A DNA stretch of 64,000 bases from a virus, in the IMG/VR virus record IMGVR_UViG_3300033121_000981, positions 1 through 64,000 of that record. One strand, given 5' to 3'. Under the pieces are notes generated by a model, which saw only the letters and a program-made list of their open reading frames with translations, did not search any database and was not told the origin of the DNA. Below, piece after piece: positions 56,890-64,000 of this stretch; positions within the stretch are counted from its first letter, which is position 1; every line of letters begins with the position of its first letter. A program made the translations under genes and the position numbers.

Positions 56890-57320
56890 ATATACTCTCC
56901 TTTTAGTTTTATCAGAGATTTACTAACCATACCATAAGGTAATGCACCTCTCCATTTTGTACCTGGCGTTCCACTTGGCCAACCTAATGTTTCAACTCGG
57001 TATGCATAAGGTAGATTATTAGTAAAATAAATTACATTATCCTTCCCATAAAAAGGTTTTTGTGATAATGTAGAATTAACTCTATTAGTGCTATCTAATC
57101 CAGATGGGTTAGTTGCATTTGTATAAATTGTTGATGAATTACCTATATCAGAATACCACTGATTTATAAGATGATTATTAGAATATTTCCCTGTTGCTTT
57201 TGTAGGGGATAATGAAATTACGCTAGATGTAAATATCTTATAAGCATTACAAACACTGTTATTTATATCGTCTAAAGCTTTTTGTTCAAATTTTTTAATA
57301 TCTTCTAAAAAATTAGTCAT
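56886..57320 (-). CDS. head-tail joining / tail completion protein (putative)
   Basis: position only. Confidence 0.35.
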   Translation of the reverse strand: MTNFLEDIKKFEQKALDDINNSVCNAYKIFTSSVISLSPTKATGKYSNNHLINQWYSDIGNSSTIYTNATNPSGLDSTNRVNSTLSQKPFYGKDNVIYFTNNLPYAYRVETLGWPSGTPGTKWRGALPYGMVSKSLIKLKGEYM

Positions 57321-57537
57321 ATATTATCGTATTGTCAGATATTACAGTTTCTTGTACTGTATAATCAATAGCTTCAAACCCTAATTCATTTAATCTATTT
57401 TTGTACGAATCAAAATCATCAAAGGTTTCTTCCATACCTAAAGGTAAAATACCTGAAACTGATTCACTAGAACAGTTAGGAGTATATCCATATCCAATTA
57501 CTTGTAAATTTTCGTTGTATGCAATGTAATATATCAT
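57313..57537 (-). CDS. hypothetical protein
   Basis: ORF track. Confidence 0.4.
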   Translation of the reverse strand: MIYYIAYNENLQVIGYGYTPNCSSESVSGILPLGMEETFDDFDSYKNRLNELGFEAIDYTVQETVISDNTIIYD

Positions 57538-57755
57538 TCAATATCCTTGATTTCAGTTAAATATATTCCATCATGGGGATATTCAAATTTACCATTGTCA
57601 GTTTTACGTATATCATATATTGATGTAGTAATTTTATAATAGCTATCTAAATATGATTTTTCGCTATCAGATGAATTTAAATAACAGGAAGATTTAACAC
57701 TGTCGTAATGTAATTTTTGTGCGTTTATAGCTTCTTCTAAAGTGTCATAAATCAT
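57534..57755 (-). CDS. hypothetical protein
   Basis: ORF track. Confidence 0.4.
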   Translation of the reverse strand: MIYDTLEEAINAQKLHYDSVKSSCYLNSSDSEKSYLDSYYKITTSIYDIRKTDNGKFEYPHDGIYLTEIKDIE

Positions 57756-58690
57756 GATATTGTTACTCCATATTTCTTACCTAGATTGTTTAACACCATA
57801 GAAATTTCAGTTGCTGATAAAACCCTTTTCCAAGCCATAAACTCTGATATAAAACCATCTAAACCACGATTTCCTAAAACAGTATTCCCTAAATACATAA
57901 TTGTTCCAGCATCACTAACCGCAGCACCCGATCCGACAAGAAAAGTTGTAACTGATGCTGGGGTAGTTGAGTTTAGATAGTAAACTGGTGCTGTATTTAT
58001 AGTTTGTTGATTATATGTAATAACAACAACATATTTTGTATTTAATGAAAATGTTGCGTACCATTGAGAGTTTGTAGTAGCTCTGCCTTGTGTAAAATAT
58101 AATCCATTACCATTGCCTGTAATAATACTATTAGCATTTTTTGCAAATACTCTGCCCGCACTAGCTCCACCAAGCGACCTTAGATAAAAAACAAAAGCAA
58201 ATGTTCCACCATTTAATGTAATATCATCAATACTAGATGAGGATTGAGCTTGTATTACAGATGTATTACTATTGAATCCTAAAGATGGTTTAGAATTAAG
58301 TGGGCTACTCTCTACATAAGTAGGTTGCGTACTAGCAACAGCGTTTGAAATATTATTCAAATTACCAGAACTATCTGATGTTTGAGCATTTTTTAGATAA
58401 TATAACTGCTGTGACAAATAACTTGAAGTCAGTGTTTCAACCGTTGTAATTGTTGTTCCTGATAGATTGGATACTGTATAAACATCAGTCAATCCTATTC
58501 TAAACTTCTGGCCTATAAACATATACTCAGTTATTGTAGTTGCAGCAGTTATAGAATTAGTTCCTATTGTACCAGTACCAGTTGTTCCAGCTTGATAGGC
58601 CAGAAAATTTGATAAAGAGCTATAGTTTGATGAGTTTATCCAAATAGCAGGATTTGTTTGCTTAATTAATGAATTATATGTTTTTAGCAT
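57752..58690 (-). CDS. LamG / concanavalin-A-like lectin domain structural protein
   Basis: C-terminal DGFISEFMAWKRVLSATEI matches the LamG_3 signature. Confidence 0.6.
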   Translation of the reverse strand: MLKTYNSLIKQTNPAIWINSSNYSSLSNFLAYQAGTTGTGTIGTNSITAATTITEYMFIGQKFRIGLTDVYTVSNLSGTTITTVETLTSSYLSQQLYYLKNAQTSDSSGNLNNISNAVASTQPTYVESSPLNSKPSLGFNSNTSVIQAQSSSSIDDITLNGGTFAFVFYLRSLGGASAGRVFAKNANSIITGNGNGLYFTQGRATTNSQWYATFSLNTKYVVVITYNQQTINTAPVYYLNSTTPASVTTFLVGSGAAVSDAGTIMYLGNTVLGNRGLDGFISEFMAWKRVLSATEISMVLNNLGKKYGVTIS

Positions 58691-58696
58691 TTTATA

Positions 58697-59047
58697 TTAA
58701 AATATTTGCCATGCTGAACCATCATAATAAAACCCGATAGCAATCCCGTTTGCAATAGCTCCACCAGTGATTGTTATGTTGCTAGAGTCTTTTACAGTCA
58801 ATACATAGCCGCTAGTTCCTATGTTTTTAATAATAAAGAACATATCAACTACTGCTAAAGGTAAGGTTACATTACGAGAAGCCCCATTTGGGTCTAGGAA
58901 TTGATACTGCGGGTCTTTTGAGGCTATAACCTTATCTCCAGATAATATTTGCTTATTTGATGTAGCCTGCAATTGAGTGAATTTACCGCTATTTGGAGTA
59001 ACATCACCTATCGCAGGAGGTGATGACATACTGAATTGATACCTCAT
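58697..59047 (-). CDS. hypothetical structural protein (start at MRYQF)
   Basis: trimmed to avoid overlap; TGATG junction. Confidence 0.4.
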   Translation of the reverse strand: MRYQFSMSSPPAIGDVTPNSGKFTQLQATSNKQILSGDKVIASKDPQYQFLDPNGASRNVTLPLAVVDMFFIIKNIGTSGYVLTVKDSSNITITGGAIANGIAIGFYYDGSAWQIF

Positions 59048-59424
59048 TATACGAACTCCGTCACTCTTGCTGCACCTGTTGCTGATGCCCATATTCCGCG
59101 TATTTCACCCGTATATTCACCATTTCTTAATTCTACATAACCGTAAGGATCAACTTTTAGTGTGAAACTGGTTGTACTAGCTGTACTTGTCCCACATGAT
59201 AGATATAGCACTGATGTGCTATCATTGAGTATCACTCCACCTTTTCTATTAGTATTTGAACTAAGTAACAGAACATCTGTTATAGATGCTGAAATATTTG
59301 TCTTATTGGCTGTGGAGGAAGAGCTATTTACAGTAGAGTAAGGATTACCGCTAACAGGATCAATCAGAACAACACCTTGTGACCACTGACCTGTAGTTAG
59401 ATCAACTAATTTTTCTTGAGACAT
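59047..59424 (-). CDS. hypothetical structural protein
   Basis: ORF track. Confidence 0.45.
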   Translation of the reverse strand: MSQEKLVDLTTGQWSQGVVLIDPVSGNPYSTVNSSSSTANKTNISASITDVLLLSSNTNRKGGVILNDSTSVLYLSCGTSTASTTSFTLKVDPYGYVELRNGEYTGEIRGIWASATGAARVTEFV

Positions 59425-59437
59425 TTATATCCTTTGT

Positions 59438-59854
59438 TTAACGTCTTACGTAGACTTCATGTAAAATTAAATTATCAGAAGATGGATTAATATCTTTAAC
59501 TGTTACAATATTGTATGTGATATTTCCAAAAACAATCTTATCTTGACTTGGGTCAATATTTAATGGTGTTGCTGTTGAATCAACTTTTTCTGGTGGTCTG
59601 ATATAGATAATTTTATCGCCTTCCTGAATAAGGGTATTACTTTTATTACCAATTCCACCTAAGTTAGCATAAACATCCATAATTATGGCTTCTACAGTTA
59701 TCTCTGTTTTTAAAATTGAATTTAATCCAGTAACAGGGTCAAAACTGTAAGAATCTTGTTTAATATAGGTTGCAGTTCCACCAAAATCAACCATCATATC
59801 AAGTACAACTTGGTCAAAATCATCTAAAGTGGGCATTGATACTCCAACTAACAA
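59438..59854 (-). CDS. head-tail connector/neck protein (putative)
   Basis: position. Confidence 0.4.
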   Translation of the reverse strand: MLVGVSMPTLDDFDQVVLDMMVDFGGTATYIKQDSYSFDPVTGLNSILKTEITVEAIIMDVYANLGGIGNKSNTLIQEGDKIIYIRPPEKVDSTATPLNIDPSQDKIVFGNITYNIVTVKDINPSSDNLILHEVYVRR

Positions 59855-60273
59855 GAAGTTGTGACAAGAGGAATTGCACTCATACTCATTTGCTGAGATT
59901 GAGTAAATCCTACATAATTATTATTCCAATCTTGTTGAAATTGAATAAGAGGGTGTGCACAATCTCCAAATACATTTACTGGTACTGGACTAATATCCAT
60001 AAAAGATGGGTTTGTTACAGTAAGTAGTAGAAATTGCTTATATTGTGAAAATGCCTCACTACCCCATACTTCTAGTTGATTTAATTTTCTATGAGTTTTA
60101 TGTGATAAAATACCTAAAATATATGTTGCAATTATTTTAGCAGCACGTGGTAGATTCCCATCTTCTTCTGCTAATACTTGTGTATAGACAGAATCAGGAA
60201 GATAAGGAAGATCAGAGATGTCTGCTGTTCTAAGTCTTAATTTACCAACATCTGTTGAAAAATCTATTGCCAT
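59848..60273 (-). CDS. head-tail connector/neck protein (putative)
   Basis: position immediately after the capsid gene. Confidence 0.4.
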   Translation of the reverse strand: MAIDFSTDVGKLRLRTADISDLPYLPDSVYTQVLAEEDGNLPRAAKIIATYILGILSHKTHRKLNQLEVWGSEAFSQYKQFLLLTVTNPSFMDISPVPVNVFGDCAHPLIQFQQDWNNNYVGFTQSQQMSMSAIPLVTTSC

Positions 60274-60351
60274 ATTTTCCTTTATAATCTATACTGAAAA
60301 CTGATTTACTAAAACACCCCCATTTCAGAGGTGTTTCGATAAAGCAGCTAA

Positions 60352-61380
60352 TTAAGACTTGGTAAGTTTAATAACTACTTCTGGACGCATCAATGCATTT
60401 ACAAAGTTTGTTTCAGCATCAATACGGTGCTCAGTACCATCTTGTGAAGGATTCTCAAAGAAATACTGACGCTCACCTAATGTATTTGCAGTGAAGAAAC
60501 GATTAGCAGGGCCAAAATACGTTTTGAAGAAGTCAGTACCAGTTGGGACAGCTACAGCAGTATTTGTTGGAATTAGTTGCGAGCCATTATAAGTATCACG
60601 CATCTCAATAAAACGAGCACCACCATAGAAAAACTCACGGTGATAAGGGACAGCACTGCCATCAGCAGATAAACGTGCACGTAACGGGTCTTGCTGACTA
60701 GCAAAATATTGGAAAGCTGTTCTAGTTGTAGCATGGCCAACTAAGGCTGCAAACCATGTAGGTGAACATAACACAACAACACCAGACATAGAGATAGCAC
60801 CACCGTTATCTTGAATAGCAGCAATAACAGTTTCAATTTTACCAATGACATCTGTAGTTGATGTACTAAATGCAAAATCTACTTCAGTTTGAGTGATACC
60901 AAACTCAGTGAACCAGTTTTGAGAGACTGTACCTGTTGGAGCATATACAGTACCTAGTGTCAATGCTTGAGCACGTGCTGCTTCAAGAGTCCAGTTCAAA
61001 CTCTTAGCAATACGCTCCATTTTCCGCATACGGACAGCATCCAATGTCTCGGCAGCATCTGCACTACCGTATGCACGTCTACCCTGAACGTCTGATGGAC
61101 TAATATAATCAGTTAATGGGAAATGAGGGATATTGAATGAATGTACTTCACGTGCATAATCTTTACTTACATTGTTGCGCTCACCACGAATACGATCAAC
61201 AACCAAACCAACACTTTGATCTACTTTGTCAAACTGAACAACATGCTCGGCGACTGATTGTTCTTGAAACAAACCTAAACTACCAATTGTTCCCCAAGAG
61301 TTAGGGATAATATTCAGTTCTTCTGTATAATCAACAACAGAGAATTGACCAGTTGAACCAAAACTTCTTGTAATTGCCAT
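60352..61380 (-). CDS. major capsid protein (lambda gpE-like position, 342 aa)
   Basis: gene order portal-protease-scaffold-decoration-capsid; size. Confidence 0.7.
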   Translation of the reverse strand: MAITRSFGSTGQFSVVDYTEELNIIPNSWGTIGSLGLFQEQSVAEHVVQFDKVDQSVGLVVDRIRGERNNVSKDYAREVHSFNIPHFPLTDYISPSDVQGRRAYGSADAAETLDAVRMRKMERIAKSLNWTLEAARAQALTLGTVYAPTGTVSQNWFTEFGITQTEVDFAFSTSTTDVIGKIETVIAAIQDNGGAISMSGVVVLCSPTWFAALVGHATTRTAFQYFASQQDPLRARLSADGSAVPYHREFFYGGARFIEMRDTYNGSQLIPTNTAVAVPTGTDFFKTYFGPANRFFTANTLGERQYFFENPSQDGTEHRIDAETNFVNALMRPEVVIKLTKS

Positions 61381-61415
61381 AATTTATTTCCTAATATTTT
61401 TATTCTATGTTAATA

Positions 61416-62111
61416 TTACGCCTGAGTTGCAACACGAATACCAAGTGCGTCTAATTGGGCATAAGCAGCTGTTAGAGCAGTACCTGTTACAGAAGCACCA
61501 AAAGTAAGTTGTGATTTATTTACAATTGCTGGGCCTTTAGTGATTGCTAGAACAACTAAATCTGTATTAAGTGTTGTTGCAGATGATTGTGACAATCCAA
61601 GAGCATCAGCGATATAAATAGCAGCAGCAACTTGAGAACCATCTGTTGCGGATGCTTCTACAATTTTGTATTTTTTAGTACCTGTTACAGTGATTGGGAT
61701 ATAATCACCTACAACAAAATCTGTAGAGCCGTCTGCTAAGGTAAAAGCAAAGCCTGCTTGAGAGAATGCTGTACCAACTTGACCAATACCGATTGCTTGT
61801 CCTTGAGGGTCAAGCAAAACAAAATCACCAGCATTGCTTACAGTTTTAGTAATTTTTAAAGTATATGTACCAATTTGTAGGCCCAAAGAGGCTGACATTG
61901 TAATAGAACCCATAGTTCCATTACCTGTACCTACAGTTGTTCCTGCGGTTGCTGTAGGGCTTGCTAGATATGAACCAAGAACAGTACCAACTTGCAGAGT
62001 AGTAGCAGTACCGTTAAAAGTGATATTATCGCGGCAAAAGCCGGAAGCTGGATCGTATTCAGATTTTACAACGTTACCAAAACGGGTACTTTCAGTTGCA
62101 ATTGTGGTCAT
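61416..62111 (-). CDS. head decoration protein (putative; Thr/Gly/Ala-rich)
   Basis: position between scaffold and capsid. Confidence 0.45.
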   Translation of the reverse strand: MTTIATESTRFGNVVKSEYDPASGFCRDNITFNGTATTLQVGTVLGSYLASPTATAGTTVGTGNGTMGSITMSASLGLQIGTYTLKITKTVSNAGDFVLLDPQGQAIGIGQVGTAFSQAGFAFTLADGSTDFVVGDYIPITVTGTKKYKIVEASATDGSQVAAAIYIADALGLSQSSATTLNTDLVVLAITKGPAIVNKSQLTFGASVTGTALTAAYAQLDALGIRVATQA

Positions 62112-62134
62112 TTAAATTCCTTTTAAATTAAAAA

Positions 62135-62656
62135 TTATTTCTTATATTTTGCTTGCAACAACTTAGCAGTGTTGCTATTTGCAGCTTCTAAAATTGCTTC
62201 TTTATCTGGTTTTGACGATACGCCGATCTCTTTAAAACTAGACAAATTTTTCTCGTTATCTAAAGATACTGACATAACAGACAAAATAGATTCAAATGAT
62301 GCATCATCTAGGGATTTTGTAGCATCCATTACACTATCAACATGTGCATCCCCTAGTACAGATACTATTTTTTCTTTTCTTAATGTAGAACGTTTTAATT
62401 CTGCATCTGCTAACATCAAAGCTTTTTCTTCCTCAAAAGCATTTAATGCTGCTTTTACTTGAGCATACGAAGAAGATAGTTCTTCATATTTACTATTTAA
62501 TTCTTTGAGGGCTTCAGATTTTGTAGACAATGCTTCAAGAGCACTTGCCAACTCTGTAGCTGCCATTGTTGGCTGCGGTTCATCTTTCTTCATTTCTACT
62601 TCTTCCTCCTTGGCTTTTTCTGCCTTGTTAAAAAACTTTTTTAATGATTCACGCAT
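62135..62656 (-). CDS. scaffolding protein
   Basis: fully helical, coiled-coil, Glu/Lys/Ala-rich; position. Confidence 0.7.
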   Translation of the reverse strand: MRESLKKFFNKAEKAKEEEVEMKKDEPQPTMAATELASALEALSTKSEALKELNSKYEELSSSYAQVKAALNAFEEEKALMLADAELKRSTLRKEKIVSVLGDAHVDSVMDATKSLDDASFESILSVMSVSLDNEKNLSSFKEIGVSSKPDKEAILEAANSNTAKLLQAKYKK

Positions 62657-63518
62657 ATTGAATTCCTGTATTTGATGATATATAATTCATAAAATCGCTT
62701 CTGGTCATTATTTTATTAATGAATCCTACTTTCAATGCTTCTTTAGCAGAATAAGTTGAAGCTTCTGTAGATTTAATAGAATCTGTAGATAATCCTGTAT
62801 AATTTGAGACGTGCATACAAAAATCGTCATATAGAATATCTACTTTTGTTTGCAAATCTTTGATAAAAGTTGGCTTGAAACTGCCATCATCTTCGTATGG
62901 AATTTTGTTTTTTCCAGCAGAGATATAGATAGGTTTAATTCCATCTTGCTTCATCTGTTCAGAATAATCACAAAAAGAAACTAATACTCCAATTGATCCT
63001 ATATCTGAATCTGGATTAGATATGACTTCATCAGCAACACAAGCAATAGCATAAGCTGCGCTACAGCAACATCCGTCTACATAAGCTATAAGTTGAACTT
63101 TTGCATCATCACACAAAGCCCTAATATCATTAGCAGTTTCAAATGCGCCATATGACTCACCACCACCACTATCGATCCATAATACAATTGAAGAAACTCC
63201 TTCTTCAATCATATCTTCTGCTTTATCTAGTATTTCCTGATAAGAGCAACCACCGCATTCAGCTTCCCATCCAGTTGCTTTATACGTAAGTGGGCCACTT
63301 ATTTCAATAATTCCACAACTACCCGAAGGATCATCATCCCCCATCTCAGACTCACTATCATTTCCTCCATAAACTTTTCTATTAGGAAGATTCATTAAAC
63401 CAATATTCCTATCGTTTAGGTATGATAAAATATTGGAAAATAGGGGTTGAGAAATTAAGTGTGGTGTACCGTGGAGTTTTTGTGTTAATCTGAATAAACT
63501 ATGAGGCATTGTCAGCAT
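62649..63518 (-). CDS. prohead protease (ClpP/S49 family)
   Basis: SIVLWIDSGGGES and catalytic-serine region GCCCSAAY. Confidence 0.8.
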   Translation of the reverse strand: MLTMPHSLFRLTQKLHGTPHLISQPLFSNILSYLNDRNIGLMNLPNRKVYGGNDSESEMGDDDPSGSCGIIEISGPLTYKATGWEAECGGCSYQEILDKAEDMIEEGVSSIVLWIDSGGGESYGAFETANDIRALCDDAKVQLIAYVDGCCCSAAYAIACVADEVISNPDSDIGSIGVLVSFCDYSEQMKQDGIKPIYISAGKNKIPYEDDGSFKPTFIKDLQTKVDILYDDFCMHVSNYTGLSTDSIKSTEASTYSAKEALKVGFINKIMTRSDFMNYISSNTGIQYA

Positions 63519-64000
63519 TCTGTGTTGAAGAGTCTTTGTTACCAAATGGATTAGTCCTAGTTCCATCACCTGTTGGTGAGGCCATACCTTTACCAGAACT
63601 AGATTGATAACCAGCCATCTCTTCTTTATTAATCGGCATGTCAGATGGTTCTACAGCAAACCCGCCAACTTCTAATACTCTGTTTACTACTGACCTATTA
63701 ACAGGTAATAATCCTACAGAGGCAGTTCTTTGAACTAATTTACCAAACTCATCCATAGATACACCAGAGATGTTTTTATGTACAAATTTGGGGAGTTCTG
63801 TATCTGTCCACCCATTTAATCTAAATAAATGTGGTATTAAGTCATGATTGAGAACACTTGAAATTTCTTGTAAACGCCTATCAACAGCCAATGTTAAAAT
63901 ATTAGTATCACCATCCTGTAAACTAAAAGAGCCTGCAGAATCCATGCCCATTTTAAGTACACCACAAGATAGAGCATCTAAAATATTACCTTCTAGCCGC
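63499..64000 (-). CDS. portal protein, C-terminal part (gene continues beyond the window)
   Basis: position upstream of the protease; truncated by the window end. Confidence 0.55.
   Translation of the reverse strand, partial: RLEGNILDALSCGVLKMGMDSAGSFSLQDGDTNILTLAVDRRLQEISSVLNHDLIPHLFRLNGWTDTELPKFVHKNISGVSMDEFGKLVQRTASVGLLPVNRSVVNRVLEVGGFAVEPSDMPINKEEMAGYQSSSGKGMASPTGDGTRTNPFGNKDSSTQNADNAS

Noticed and set aside
1-64000. tRNA or rRNA genes
   Set aside because: No GTTCGAATC-type T-loop with matching acceptor stems found by eye in the larger gaps; the hairpins at 9817-9884 lack cloverleaf geometry. Not excluded without tRNAscan.

Overview
This 64 kb window reads as one contiguous segment of a large, AT-rich (about one-third GC) virulent-looking tailed dsDNA phage. 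The host is probably Gram-negative, judging from an Rz/Rz1-type spanin pair with a lipobox and sigma70-like promoters. I found no tRNA, rRNA or CRISPR. Layout: 1-2421 (+) small genes plus a metallophosphoesterase; 2513-3151 (-) an orphan small serine recombinase followed by 1.1 kb of repeat-rich non-coding DNA; 4238-9455 (-) a block of small early genes, each behind a near-identical strong promoter cassette, with a GC-rich foreign 'moron' island inserted between two cassette copies; 9460-10350 a 0.9 kb non-coding region with tandem promoters, hairpins and iteron-like repeats that may be an origin; 10350-13737 (-) T4 Rnl1-like RNA ligase plus unknowns; 13961-41713 (+) replication and nucleotide metabolism genes. 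That block holds a DNA ligase, Rnl2-like RNA ligase, ThyX, a T7 gp4-like primase-helicase, a family A DNA polymerase, dNMP kinase, a gp2.5-like SSB, a gp6-like exonuclease, NrdB/NrdA, MazG-like and SPFH proteins, a secreted SleB-like hydrolase and three HNH endonucleases. 41789-64000 (-) is a lysis cassette and siphovirus-type morphogenesis module: Gly-rich tail fiber, 806-aa fiber, 1911-aa tape measure, a G/T-type chaperone pair with a conserved -1 slippery site, tail terminator, LamG-domain protein, and lambda-like head genes in the order portal / S49 protease / scaffold / decoration / major capsid. The most notable items are the GC-rich moron with a consensus E. coli-type promoter flanked by 80-bp direct repeats, the Rnl1+Rnl2+DNA ligase triad without a polynucleotide kinase, the putative origin, the orphan serine recombinase next to unexplained repeats, and the unannotated programmed frameshift. 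All calls are from sequence reading and remembered family motifs only; no database search was run.
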